DNA of 64,000 bases from positions 16,867 to 80,866 of the forward strand of contig JAHDVX010000014.1 in NCBI GenBank assembly GCA_023382455.1. Direction: 5' to 3'. The notes below the pieces were generated by a model. The model saw only the letters and a program-made list of their open reading frames with translations. It did not search any database and was not told the origin of the DNA. The position numbers and the translations under genes were made by a program. Of this stretch, positions 9,492 to 19,424 are shown one piece after another. How positions within the stretch are numbered: the stretch's first letter is position 1; each line of letters starts with the position of its first letter. The DNA comes from Flavobacteriales bacterium (GTDB lineage Bacteria > Bacteroidota > Bacteroidia > Flavobacteriales_F > PHOS-HE28).

Positions 9492-10239
9492 TCAACTTCG
9501 CCACCCTCACCTTCCATTCCTCCGGCCCGTCCACCAGGTAGTCCCACTGGAAGGGCACGCCACTTTCGGCCTCGATCTGGTAGTAGAGCGGCTTGGGGTC
9601 GTGGTCGTTGGTGAAGACGAAGGCCTGTCCGGGCTTCAGCTCATCGAAGGCCTCGAAGACCATCTCGTGCCGCTTGGCGGGGTGGAAGGGCCGCACGTCG
9701 AAGGTCTTCACTACCAGCATGTCCACGTCCGGCTCGCCACCCTGCTGGACCTTCTTCACATGGACCACGCATTCACCGGGCACTTGCTTCTTGTAGCTCC
9801 AGGCCATTTGGGAAGCGAACTTTTCATTGAAGATCCGGTGGATCTCGGCCGGCTCCTGGGCTGCGATGATCTCCATGGTATCACCTTCCTTCATCATCCC
9901 GTAGCGGTGGAACACCACGTGCTTCCAGTCGGCAGGGTCCACCTTGCGCAGGTCCATCAGCGTGGAGATGTCGGTGAATTCGCGGCCTTGGGAGGCCTCC
10001 GTACGGGTGACCATCACTTTCCAATCACGGCCGCCGCGCTCCAGGTATTCCCAGCCCACCACGTCGCCGTGAATGGAGCGGAACTCGTAGTACAACGGCA
10101 GCGGGTCGTGGTCGTTGATGAAGATGAAGCTTTCGCCCACGGGCAGCTCCTTGAACATTTTCAGCAAGGTGGTGTGCCGGTCGATGGGGACCATGACGCG
10201 GACATCGAGTTCGGGGGGCGGTTGGATGGTATTGCTCAT
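9484..10239 (-). CDS. Multi-domain DUF2249 protein
   Basis: Repeated LDVR...RH..F..L..G..F...NDHDP.PLYY motif at both termini, with a degenerate middle copy. Confidence 0.82.
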   Translation of the reverse strand: MSNTIQPPPELDVRVMVPIDRHTTLLKMFKELPVGESFIFINDHDPLPLYYEFRSIHGDVVGWEYLERGGRDWKVMVTRTEASQGREFTDISTLMDLRKVDPADWKHVVFHRYGMMKEGDTMEIIAAQEPAEIHRIFNEKFASQMAWSYKKQVPGECVVHVKKVQQGGEPDVDMLVVKTFDVRPFHPAKRHEMVFEAFDELKPGQAFVFTNDHDPKPLYYQIEAESGVPFQWDYLVDGPEEWKVRVAKLRG

Positions 10240-10525
10240 GTTTTGGATCGCGAGAAAAACAAGGCCGATCGGCCTTTGGTGTCATTGGCGGCGGCAAGGT
10301 ACCAGCACCTCCAAGCGGGGGGAATGACCTTTGACAGCATGGGCATCCGGTGGGATCCATGGGATGCGACAATGCCATTGCCGAGGCTTTCCAACCATTG
10401 GCCAACATGGGTGGCGCGCGGGGCCTCGCCGGGAATGGCCGGAATTAGTTTTGAATGCTGCTTGGCGGACCGCTTCGAATGTGGTCCCGACCAGCGATTG
10501 ACCGGACCTAACCCCGATCAAGAAC

Positions 10526-11860
10526 ATGAATCACAGAACTACACTTTCCGCCTGCTTCGCGCTTGCCTTGGCAGGGGCATCCCATGCCCAGTTGGAGTTG
10601 CTGCCGCAGCCCTATTGGGCCAGTACGGTGAACAACGATGGCCTGGTGGCCGGCTATCTGACCGGCAGCCCCACTTACCTGGTCTGGAATCCGGACTTGG
10701 GGACCACCACGGACATCGGCGGTGTGTCGCCGGGCGGCAATGCGGGTGGCCAAGCCAAGTTCTCCGCTGATGGCACGAAGCTGAGCGGTAGTGACATGGG
10801 TGCCACGGCTTCGGAGATGGCCACCTATGACATGGCTACGGACACGTGGACGACGCATGGCGGCATCGGCGGTGTGTCCGATGGGAACACCAGCAGCGGT
10901 TGGTCCATTTCCGGTGATGGAGGCACCGTAGTGGGCCTGGGCTGGGTGAACAGCGGTTCGGCCCATGGCGTGGCCTACAATGCAGCCGAGGGCATCATGG
11001 ACCTGGGTACGATCAATGCCGGGGCCAGCACACGGGCCAATGCCGTGAGCGACGATGGCAGCATCGTGGTGGGCTGGCAGGATCTCAACGGTCCATGGAA
11101 AGCGGCCGTCTGGCACAAGGACCCCAACGGGGGCTACCAGCCCAATACCTACATCCTGATCGACCCGAGCGGCAGCGCCACGGATGAGTTCAACCAAGCC
11201 GGGGAGTGCAGTGCCATCTCGGCGGACGGCAGCATCATCGGCGGTTACGGCGACTTTGCCAATGGCGACCAGCCGTGGATCTGGAGCGAGGCCGGTGGTT
11301 TCATGAACCTGGGTTCCCTACCCAACATGGGCACCGGCTATGTCTCCGCGATGAGCGCCGACGGCTCCGTGGTGGTGGGCTGGTTCGATGGCCAGTTCTT
11401 CGGTGATCCGCGGAAGGCCTTCATCTGGACGGCGATCGACGGACTGCAGGACCTGAACACCTACGCGACCAATGAGCTGGGCGTGGTCCTGGGGGCCAAC
11501 CAGCTGTACACGGCCAGTGACATCTCCCCGGATGGCCGCTATATCACGGGCACGGGCCTCAATTCGGGAACCTTCAGCTTGTTCGGCTACAGGCTCGATC
11601 TGGGAAGCACCACGGGCATCGGTGCGGCACCGACCATTGGAAGCTTGAACGCCTGGCCGAACCCCGCCACGGATGCCGTTCATTTCACGGCGCCGGCCAT
11701 TGCGGAGCTTTCCATCGCCACCCCGGACGGCCGGGTGGTGCAGCGCTCCACCGTGCAGGGCGAAGTGGACCTGGACCTTTCCCCGTTTGTGGCGGGCGTG
11801 TACACCTTGGTGCTCCGCTCCCATGGGGAAGTGCGCACACAGCGCATCGTGAAGCAGTGA
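10526..11860 (+). CDS. Secreted HAF-repeat-like beta-propeller protein with T9SS C-terminal domain
   Basis: Signal peptide ending ASHA-Q; repeats ANAVSDDGSIVVG / SAISADGSIIGG; WPNP...GVYTLVL...QRIVKQ CTD. Confidence 0.82.
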   Translation: MNHRTTLSACFALALAGASHAQLELLPQPYWASTVNNDGLVAGYLTGSPTYLVWNPDLGTTTDIGGVSPGGNAGGQAKFSADGTKLSGSDMGATASEMATYDMATDTWTTHGGIGGVSDGNTSSGWSISGDGGTVVGLGWVNSGSAHGVAYNAAEGIMDLGTINAGASTRANAVSDDGSIVVGWQDLNGPWKAAVWHKDPNGGYQPNTYILIDPSGSATDEFNQAGECSAISADGSIIGGYGDFANGDQPWIWSEAGGFMNLGSLPNMGTGYVSAMSADGSVVVGWFDGQFFGDPRKAFIWTAIDGLQDLNTYATNELGVVLGANQLYTASDISPDGRYITGTGLNSGTFSLFGYRLDLGSTTGIGAAPTIGSLNAWPNPATDAVHFTAPAIAELSIATPDGRVVQRSTVQGEVDLDLSPFVAGVYTLVLRSHGEVRTQRIVKQ

Positions 11861-11880
11861 AGGCCGAAGGCTGTTGATAC

Positions 11881-11922
11881 GAACGCAATGGGGCGGTGCA
11901 GCTGCACCGCCCCATTGCGTTC
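11881..11922. repeat. Perfect 42-bp palindrome between convergent genes
   Basis: GAACGCAATGGGGCGGTGCAG|CTGCACCGCCCCATTGCGTTC. Confidence 0.9.
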
Positions 11923-11961
11923 AGAATATCCTTTCCGTGCAACGGACGCTCCGGCCGATGC

Positions 11962-12480
11962 TCAGTAGCGCTCGTTCATGACCATTTCCTTATTGTCCCG
12001 CTTCACCACGCGCCGGTCGTATTCCACCTTCATCAAGCCCGTGCCCTTAAGGAAACTGATGTAGCCCACGGGTGCGGCGTAGGCCAAGGAGCCGTCCGGC
12101 AAATTGGGCACCATCTGCACCGCGAAGCGGAGCAGGTTATTCCTGCGCAAGGCCTCGCGCGTAAGGTTCGCGTTCTTCGTGTCGATCAAGATCTCCTTGG
12201 TGAGGTAGCCTTCCTTCTCGAACCGGAGGTAGGCCTTGTTGCCTGCGGCAAGCACCAGTTCAAAACGCCCGTCGGGATGGACGACCAATGGAATGCAGAC
12301 GCGGTTGTCCACTTCCACCACCTCGAGCGTGCCGTTGCGCACGTCATCATCCACCAGAACTTTACCTTTGATCACCACCCGGTCCGGCTGTTCTTGGGCC
12401 AGGCAGCGGGGCATGCTGATAGCGGACACGAGCGCGGCTGCCAGCAGGGCTCGCATCGTGGGGTTGGTCCGGGTTTTCAT
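11962..12480 (-). CDS. Exported hypothetical protein (carboxypeptidase-regulatory-like beta-sandwich)
   Basis: Signal peptide; DGRFELVL...YLRFEKEGYLTKEI motif; host-like codon use. Confidence 0.65.
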   Translation of the reverse strand: MKTRTNPTMRALLAAALVSAISMPRCLAQEQPDRVVIKGKVLVDDDVRNGTLEVVEVDNRVCIPLVVHPDGRFELVLAAGNKAYLRFEKEGYLTKEILIDTKNANLTREALRRNNLLRFAVQMVPNLPDGSLAYAAPVGYISFLKGTGLMKVEYDRRVVKRDNKEMVMNERY

Positions 12481-12573
12481 TGTTCCGCAGTTGTTGGTTG
12501 CGGAAGCAAAACTCCGGGCACATGCCGGCCTTCACAATACCCATTTATGTTGATTTTTCAGCCCGGGGTCGGA

Positions 12574-13215
12574 TCAGATCCAGCGACGGTCCATGGCGTA
12601 TTTCACCAGGCCGGCCACGCCGCGCACGTTCAGCTTATGCATGAGGTTCTTGCGGTGTGTCTTCACCGTACCCTCCGAGATGCCCAGCGCCTCACCGATC
12701 TCGGCATTGCCATATTGCAGGGCCACCAGGCGGATGATCTCCCGTTCACGCGTGGTGAGCCCCACGTACTCCCCGCCCATGTGCTTGTTCGTGAACTGAT
12801 AGCCTGCGGCCACGCTTTCCCTCGCTGTCGGGCTCAGATAGGTGCCACCGTCCATCACCGTGCGGATCGCTTCGGCCAGCTCGCCCTTCGGTCCGTTCTT
12901 CACCACGTAGCCGTCGGCGCCCTCGATCAGCATGCTGTTCACATACTCGATCTCCGTGAGCAGGGAATGCGCGAGCACCTTGATCCCTTCGCAATGCTTG
13001 TGGATGTGGCGCATGGTGTCGATCCCGTCCATTTCGGGCAGGGAAACCTCCAGCAGCGCCAGGTCCGCCTTCACCTGGGTGATCAGTTCCAACAGTTCCT
13101 TGCCCGTGCGGGCATGCCCCACCACGTGGAGGTCGGCCTCCTCCGCAAATCGCGCCGAGATCCCGATCGCAACCAGGTCGTTCGTATCAGCAACAATGAT
13201 CCGAGTGGGGCACAT
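12574..13215 (-). CDS. NarL/LuxR-family response regulator with atypical receiver
   Basis: REC fold (LPEMDG, GADGYVVK) plus LTTREREII...TVKTHRKNLMHKL HTH. Confidence 0.88.
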   Translation of the reverse strand: MCPTRIIVADTNDLVAIGISARFAEEADLHVVGHARTGKELLELITQVKADLALLEVSLPEMDGIDTMRHIHKHCEGIKVLAHSLLTEIEYVNSMLIEGADGYVVKNGPKGELAEAIRTVMDGGTYLSPTARESVAAGYQFTNKHMGGEYVGLTTREREIIRLVALQYGNAEIGEALGISEGTVKTHRKNLMHKLNVRGVAGLVKYAMDRRWI

Positions 13216-13380
13216 GGAGCGGCTCTTCCGGAGCAGTCGAAAGTTAGCGCGTCGATCACCCTGCCTGATTACCCCTGTTGGGGGATACCGGTGGAAGTGC
13301 GCCATTTCCGTTGATCGCCGGCCAGCCTGGGAATGCGGATAATGCCCCGCCGTTCCGCCGGAAATGCGATCTTGTGGACG

Positions 13381-15747
13381 ATGGCGGAGGCAGCAACCCT
13401 GGAAACCACGGAAATGGCCGCAATGGCCGCGCGTTTCGTGAACAGCACGGACCGCCATGTGTTCCTCACCGGCAAGGCCGGGACGGGAAAAACCACCTTC
13501 CTGCACCAGCTGGCCCGCAACACGCACAAGCGCTTCGTGATCCTGGCGCCAACGGGCATCGCCGCGCTCAACGCCGGCGGCGTCACCATCCATTCGCAGT
13601 TCCTGCTGCCCTTCGGCACCTTCATCCCGGAGCGCCAGCTACCGCAGGACCTGCCCGAGTACGGCCAGTTCCACGACCGGGATTCGCTGAACCGGCGGCA
13701 CCCGCTGAACGCCCTGCGGCGCAACGTGCTCCGTGCCGTGGAGCTGCTGGTGGTCGATGAGGTGAGCATGCTGCGCGCGGACCTGCTGGACGCCATAGAC
13801 CACCGCCTGCGCAGCGTGCGCGGCGCGTACGCAACGCCCTTCGGCGGCGTGCAACTGCTGCTGATCGGCGACCTGTACCAGCTGCCGCCCGTGGTGAAGG
13901 ACGAGGAATGGCGGGTGCTGCAGCGCTGGTACGAAAGCCCGCACTTCTTCCGCTCACATGGTCTGCAGGAGGCGGGCTACGCGCACATCGAGCTGGACAA
14001 GATCTTCCGGCAGCAGGACGGCGGCTTCATCGGCATCCTGAACAACCTGCGCAACAACACCGTGACGAAGGAGGATGTGGCCGCGCTGAACGCCCATTAC
14101 CGCAGGGAGATCGCGGTGGAGGATACCCGGGGCGTGATCACCCTGACCACGCACAACCGCATGGCGGATCAGATCAATGCACGGGAGCTGGAGCACCTGC
14201 CCGGGAAGATGCACCGCTTCGATGCGAAGGTGGAAGGCGATTTCCCGCAAAGCATGTACCCCGCGGCCACCGAACTGGAATTGAAGGAAGGCGCGCAGCT
14301 GATGTTCATCCGAAACGACATGAACAAGGCCTACTTCAACGGGAAGCTGGCCCGGGTGAAGACCATCGACGCGGACGGCGTCCATGTGGAAATGCTGGAC
14401 GACGGCAGCCTGTACACGCTGGGCAAGGAACGCTGGGAGAACAAGCGCTACGCCGTGGACGCCGCGACCAAGGAACAGAAGGAGGAGGTGCTCGGCACCT
14501 TCACCCAATACCCGGTGAAACTGGCCTGGGCCATCACGGTGCACAAGAGCCAGGGCCTCACCTTCGACAAGGCGGTGGTCGATGTGGGCAGCGCCTTCGC
14601 GCCCGGGCAGGTGTACGTGGCGCTCTCGCGCCTGCGCTCGCTGGATGGCCTTATCCTGCGCACGCGGATCGATCCCGGCGTGGTGAGCACCGACCGCGAG
14701 GTGGTGGCCTTCAGCAAACGGGGCCACGCGCAGCCGCCGCTTCCCGAACAGTTGCAGGAGCACCAGCGGCGCTACATCGAGGCCATGCTCACCAGCAGCT
14801 TCGGTCTGGGCGACATCCTGAAAAAACTGGGCTTTGCCCGCAAGGACAAGGGTGCCGGGGAGTTCGAGGACGAAAGCATGCGCCATGCGCTGGCCCTGCT
14901 GGCCACGCGGCTGGAGCAGGAGGAGGGCAACACGCGCACCTTCCAGGCCCAGTTGCTCCGGCTGCTGCGTGCCGGTGACAACGCGGTGTTGCTGGAGCGG
15001 ATCGCGAAAGGCGGCGCGTATTACAGCGCGCTGCTGCTGGACTGCATGAAGGACCTGCTGCTGCACATCGCGCAAGTGGAGCAACTGAGCCGCACCAAGC
15101 AGTACGCCGACGACCTGCGCGAGCTGGACGGCCTGCTGATGCGGCAACTGGGCATGATCGCCAAGGCGGGCCACATTGCGCAGTGCATCCTGAACGGCGA
15201 TGAGGTGCGTGCGTTGCCGGAGCTGGAGAAGGAGCTGAAGGGCAAGCGCCAGGCGCTGATAGGCGAGGTGGCCCAATGGGCCCAGGAGCACAAGCCGAAG
15301 GCCAAGGGCAGATCCGGCCGCAAGCGCAAGCGGGACGACGAGGAAAGCGTGTTCGGCGGAGGTCCGGACGCGGTTCCGCTCGAAGGGATCACCGGCATCC
15401 GGCGGAAGGAAAAGCGCCCGAAAGGGGAGAAGCCGGTGAAGGGCGACACCTACCGAAAGACCTTTGCCCTGCTAAAGGAAGGCAAGACCGTGGCGGAAGT
15501 CGCGGCAGATAGGCAGCTATCGGTGGGCACCATCGAAGGCCATGTGGCGAAAGGCATTGCCGAGGGCGAGGTGGAGATCGGCACCGTGATGGAGGATGCC
15601 GTCCGTGATGTCATCGCCGACTGGATGCGCGAACATCCGGATAGCACCACGCAGGATGCCCGCAACCACTTCGGCGAGGCGTACAGCTTCGGAAAACTGC
15701 GGATGGTGCAGGCGTGGTTGCGGAAGGAAGCGCAGGGGGAAGGATGA
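13381..15747 (+). CDS. PIF1/RecD-like SF1B helicase with C-terminal helix-turn-helix
   Basis: GKAGTGKTT, DEVSM, GDLYQLPPV, HKSQG, YVALSR; C-terminal VAEVAADRQLSVGTIEGH. Confidence 0.88.
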   Translation: MAEAATLETTEMAAMAARFVNSTDRHVFLTGKAGTGKTTFLHQLARNTHKRFVILAPTGIAALNAGGVTIHSQFLLPFGTFIPERQLPQDLPEYGQFHDRDSLNRRHPLNALRRNVLRAVELLVVDEVSMLRADLLDAIDHRLRSVRGAYATPFGGVQLLLIGDLYQLPPVVKDEEWRVLQRWYESPHFFRSHGLQEAGYAHIELDKIFRQQDGGFIGILNNLRNNTVTKEDVAALNAHYRREIAVEDTRGVITLTTHNRMADQINARELEHLPGKMHRFDAKVEGDFPQSMYPAATELELKEGAQLMFIRNDMNKAYFNGKLARVKTIDADGVHVEMLDDGSLYTLGKERWENKRYAVDAATKEQKEEVLGTFTQYPVKLAWAITVHKSQGLTFDKAVVDVGSAFAPGQVYVALSRLRSLDGLILRTRIDPGVVSTDREVVAFSKRGHAQPPLPEQLQEHQRRYIEAMLTSSFGLGDILKKLGFARKDKGAGEFEDESMRHALALLATRLEQEEGNTRTFQAQLLRLLRAGDNAVLLERIAKGGAYYSALLLDCMKDLLLHIAQVEQLSRTKQYADDLRELDGLLMRQLGMIAKAGHIAQCILNGDEVRALPELEKELKGKRQALIGEVAQWAQEHKPKAKGRSGRKRKRDDEESVFGGGPDAVPLEGITGIRRKEKRPKGEKPVKGDTYRKTFALLKEGKTVAEVAADRQLSVGTIEGHVAKGIAEGEVEIGTVMEDAVRDVIADWMREHPDSTTQDARNHFGEAYSFGKLRMVQAWLRKEAQGEG

Positions 15748-15768
15748 AAGCGGGAAGGGCCCGCCGGT

Positions 15769-16674
15769 TCAGCTTTCCCCTTTTCTCCCGTACTGCTTGG
15801 TGTACAGGTCGTAGATGATGCCGTCGGCCAGGCCCACCTTGGGCACGAAGACCTCCTCGATGCCGGCCTCCTCCATCACGCGCAGGAAGATGTCGGCTGC
15901 GGGGACGATCACGTCGGCGCGGTCGGGCCGCAGGCGCAGCACCTTCACGCGGTCCTCCATGGAATAGGAGGCGATGCGGTCGCGCTGCTTACGGATGTCC
16001 TTTTGTGAGAGCGGCTCGCCGTAGGCGTTGCGGTTCTCCTTGAAGATCCGGTTGATGTTGCCCCCGGTGCCTATGCCCATCAGGTTGCCGCCACTGGCCT
16101 GCACGTCGCGCAGGAAGGCCGCCAGCGCCGCCCATTCCTGGTCGGCCACTTGGTGCTGCAAGGAACGCACGGTGCCGATCTTGAAGGAACGCGACAGTTT
16201 GCGTTGGCCGTTTTCGATCCACGTGATCTCGGTGCTGCCGCCGCCCACGTCGATGTACAGGTAGCTGCGGTCCTTCAGCAGGTCCTGGGTCCAGAACGTG
16301 TTCACGATCAGATCGGCCTCAAGCTTCCCGTTGATCACCTCGATATGCACACCGCTTTCCATCTCCACCCGTGCGATCACCTCGGCGCTGTTGCTGGCTT
16401 CACGCATGGCGCTGGTGGCACAGCAGCGCAACTGATGCACGCCGTACACTTCGGAGAGCAGGCGGAAGGCCTTCAGGCTCTTGGTGAGCTGGTCGCGCTT
16501 GGCATCGCCGATATTCCCGTCATCGAACACATCGGCGCCCAAACGGATGGGCACGCGCACCAGGGAGGTCTTCTTGATAACCGGGTGGTCCGCGCGCTCC
16601 ACCACGTCGCCGATGAGCAGGCGCACGGCGTTGGAGCCGATGTCGATGGCGGCGTATGTGAGCGGGGAGGCGAT
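15769..16674 (-). CDS. ppx: Ppx/GppA-family exopolyphosphatase (start uncertain, probably non-canonical)
   Basis: YAAIDIGSNAVRLL (upstream of the called GTG), ATSAMREA, IDVGGGSTE, DRADVI, GLADG. Confidence 0.88.
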   Translation of the reverse strand: MASPLTYAAIDIGSNAVRLLIGDVVERADHPVIKKTSLVRVPIRLGADVFDDGNIGDAKRDQLTKSLKAFRLLSEVYGVHQLRCCATSAMREASNSAEVIARVEMESGVHIEVINGKLEADLIVNTFWTQDLLKDRSYLYIDVGGGSTEITWIENGQRKLSRSFKIGTVRSLQHQVADQEWAALAAFLRDVQASGGNLMGIGTGGNINRIFKENRNAYGEPLSQKDIRKQRDRIASYSMEDRVKVLRLRPDRADVIVPAADIFLRVMEEAGIEEVFVPKVGLADGIIYDLYTKQYGRKGES

Positions 16675-16696
16675 GTGGCGAAGGTAGCCGCCCAGC

Positions 16697-19321
16697 CTAC
16701 TTCAGCACCGCCAGCCGCTCTTCCAGCGCCTTGATCTTCGCCTCGGCATCGGCCTTCTTCTTGCGCTCGTTCTCCAGTACCTGCGGCGGTGCGCCGGAAA
16801 CGAAGCGTTCGTTGCCCAGCTTCTTGTCCACGCTGGTGAGGAAGCCGCGCAGGTACTTCAGTTCCTCCTCGGCCTTCTTCGCTTCGGCGGCGGCGTCCAC
16901 GTTGCTGCCGAGGTCGATGGCATATTCGGTGGTACCCACTAAGAAGGTGATGCTACCCTCGGCGGCCTTCTCCACCGCGTTGATCGCGCCCACGTTGGCC
17001 AGCTTGTTCACCAGGGATGAAACGGCCTGTTCCATGGGTGCGGCACCTTTCACCGCAACGTTCAATTGTTCCTTCGGGCTGATGCCGCGCCCGCTCCGCT
17101 CGTTGCGCACTGCGCTCACCAGGTCGAAGGCATGCTGCACTTCGGCTTCGAGCTTCGCATCGCCCGCGCCGCCCTTGGGCCACGCGGCAACGATGATGTC
17201 GTCACCCGCCGCGCGATCACGCATCAGATGCCAGATCTCTTCGCTGAGGAAGGGCATGTAGGGGTGCAGCAATTTCAGCACGTCCTCGAACAGGCTGAGC
17301 GTGGCCTCGTAGGTGGCGGCGTCGATCGGTTCGGCCTGGCCGTCCACGAAGGCGGGCTTCACCGCTTCTAAGTACCAGCTGCACAGGTCGTCCCAGATCA
17401 GCTTGTAGGTGGCCATGAGTGCCTCGCTGATGCGGAACTGATCGTACAGGCCATTGAGTTCGATGGTGGCGCGGGCGATGCGCGAACGCATCCATGCCAC
17501 GGCTGCTGCGGAGGAAGCTGGTTGCTCCTTCTCTGCAACTTCCCAGCCCTTCACCAAGCGGAAGGCGTTCCAGATCTTGTTGCTGAAGTTGCGGCCTTGC
17601 TCGCAGAGGCCCTCGTCGAACGGCAGGTCGTTGCCGGCGGGCGAGGAAAGGAGCATGCCCACGCGCACGCCGTCGGCGCCGTACTTGGCGATCAGCTCCA
17701 GCGGGTCGGGGCTGTTGCCGAGGCTCTTGCTCATCTTCCGGCCCTGCTTGTCCCGCACGATGCCGGTGAGGTACACGTTCTTGAACGGCACCTCACCCCG
17801 GTATTCCAGCCCGGCCATGATCATGCGCGCCACCCAGAAGAAGAGGATCTCCGGGGCCGTCACCAGGTCGTTGGTGGGGTAGTAGTACTTGATGTCCGCG
17901 TTGTCCGGGTCCTTGAAACCGTCGAACACGCTGATGGGCCAGAGCCAACTGCTGAACCAGGTGTCCACCACATCTTCATCCTGCTTCACGCCGGCGGTGC
18001 TTTGGCCTGCGGCCTCGAACTGCGCGATGGCCTCGGCCTTGGTGCGGCACACGGCGGCATCGCCATGTTCATTGTACCACGCCGGGATCTGCTGGCCCCA
18101 CCACAGTTGGCGGCTGATGCACCAGTCGCGCACGTTCTCCATCCAGTGGCGGTAGGTGTTGGCGAACTTCTGCGGGTGCAGCTTCACCTGTCCGTCCATC
18201 ACCACGTCCAGCGCGGGCTTGGCGAGTTCGGCCATGCGCAGGAACCATTGCAGGCTCAGGCGCGGCTCGATCACGGCGTCGGTGCGCTCACTGTAGCCCA
18301 CCTTGTTCACGATGTCCTCGGTCTTCACCAAGAAGCCCTCGGCCTCCAGTTGCTTGGCGATCTTCTTCCGGACCACGAAGCGGTCCTCGCCCACATACAG
18401 CTGTGCGGCGGCGCTCAGGGTGCCGTCGGGGTTCAGCGTGTCCACCACCTCCAGCTTGTGGCGCTGGCCGATCTCCCAGTCGTTGATGTCGTGCGCGGGC
18501 GTCACCTTCAGTGCGCCGGTGCCGAACTCGCGGTCCACGTAGTCGTCGAAGATCAGCGGCACGCTGCGGCCGATCAGCGGCACCAGCACGCGCTTGCCTT
18601 TCAGGTGGGCGTAGCGCTCATCCTCGGGGTGTACGGCCACGGCGGTGTCGCCGAGGATCGTTTCGGGGCGCGTGGTGGCGATGGTAACCCACTGGTCGGC
18701 CGTCCCTTCCACCGGATAGCGCACATGGTACAACTTGGAGTTCACCTCCCGGTGGATCACCTCCTCGTCGCTCACGGCGGTGAGGGCCTGCGGGTCCCAG
18801 TTCACCATGCGCTGGCCGCGGTAGATCAGCCCTTTCTTGTGCAGGTCGATGAACACGCCGGTGACGGCATCGCTCAGCTCCGGCTCCATGGTGAAGCGCG
18901 TGCGGTCCCAGTCGCAGCTGGCGCCGAGCTTCTTCAATTGCTCCAGGATCACGCCGCCGTACTTCTCCTTCCACGCAAAGGCATGTTCCAGGAATTTCTC
19001 CCGGCCGATGGCGCTCTTCTTGATCCCTTGTTCGGCCAGCAGCTTCACCACCTTGGCCTCCGTGGCGATGCTGGCGTGGTCGGTGCCCGGCACCCAGCAG
19101 GCGTTCTTGCCCAGCATCCGCGCACGGCGCACCAGCACGTCCTGGATGGTATTGTTCAGCATGTGCCCCATGTGCAGCACGCCGGTGACGTTGGGCGGGG
19201 GGATCACCACGGTGTAGGGCTCGCGGTGGTCGGGGGTGCTGTGGAAATAGCGCTTGTCCAGCCAATGCCGGTACCATTTTCCTTCCGCGCCTGCGGCGTC
19301 GTAGTGCTTGGGGATTTCCAT
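16697..19321 (-). CDS. valS: Valine--tRNA ligase
   Basis: PPPNVTGVLHMGH, DWCISRQLWWG, KMSKS, C-terminal coiled coil. Confidence 0.97.
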   Translation of the reverse strand: MEIPKHYDAAGAEGKWYRHWLDKRYFHSTPDHREPYTVVIPPPNVTGVLHMGHMLNNTIQDVLVRRARMLGKNACWVPGTDHASIATEAKVVKLLAEQGIKKSAIGREKFLEHAFAWKEKYGGVILEQLKKLGASCDWDRTRFTMEPELSDAVTGVFIDLHKKGLIYRGQRMVNWDPQALTAVSDEEVIHREVNSKLYHVRYPVEGTADQWVTIATTRPETILGDTAVAVHPEDERYAHLKGKRVLVPLIGRSVPLIFDDYVDREFGTGALKVTPAHDINDWEIGQRHKLEVVDTLNPDGTLSAAAQLYVGEDRFVVRKKIAKQLEAEGFLVKTEDIVNKVGYSERTDAVIEPRLSLQWFLRMAELAKPALDVVMDGQVKLHPQKFANTYRHWMENVRDWCISRQLWWGQQIPAWYNEHGDAAVCRTKAEAIAQFEAAGQSTAGVKQDEDVVDTWFSSWLWPISVFDGFKDPDNADIKYYYPTNDLVTAPEILFFWVARMIMAGLEYRGEVPFKNVYLTGIVRDKQGRKMSKSLGNSPDPLELIAKYGADGVRVGMLLSSPAGNDLPFDEGLCEQGRNFSNKIWNAFRLVKGWEVAEKEQPASSAAAVAWMRSRIARATIELNGLYDQFRISEALMATYKLIWDDLCSWYLEAVKPAFVDGQAEPIDAATYEATLSLFEDVLKLLHPYMPFLSEEIWHLMRDRAAGDDIIVAAWPKGGAGDAKLEAEVQHAFDLVSAVRNERSGRGISPKEQLNVAVKGAAPMEQAVSSLVNKLANVGAINAVEKAAEGSITFLVGTTEYAIDLGSNVDAAAEAKKAEEELKYLRGFLTSVDKKLGNERFVSGAPPQVLENERKKKADAEAKIKALEERLAVLK

Positions 19322-19336
19322 GGGATGCAAAGGCCG

Positions 19337-19344
19337 CAAAGGTA
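19337..19344 (-). promoter_or_regulatory. Bacteroidota -7 promoter element of valS
   Basis: TACCTTTG on the minus strand, 15 nt before the ATG. Confidence 0.6.
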
Positions 19345-19353
19345 TCTTGAAGA

Positions 19354-19422
19354 CGCTGGAAGCTGGGGCTGCGAGCTGAGAGCCACGAGCCATGAGCTAC
19401 GAGCCGTGAGCTACGAGCGGCG
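19354..19422. repeat. GAGCYRY-type heptamer tandem tract
   Basis: GCTGCGA GCTGAGA GCCACGA GCCATGA GCTACGA GCCGTGA GCTACGA. Confidence 0.8.
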
Positions 19423-19424
19423 GC

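Noticed and set aside
8603-12555. Possible split dif-like halves (TTTAGCCATAA-TGTATG at about 8603; TTATGTTGATT at 12545) suggesting a Xer-integrated element
   Set aside because: Each site has only one plausible arm, the spacers do not match, and the enclosed genes are host-like with no replication or phage functions.
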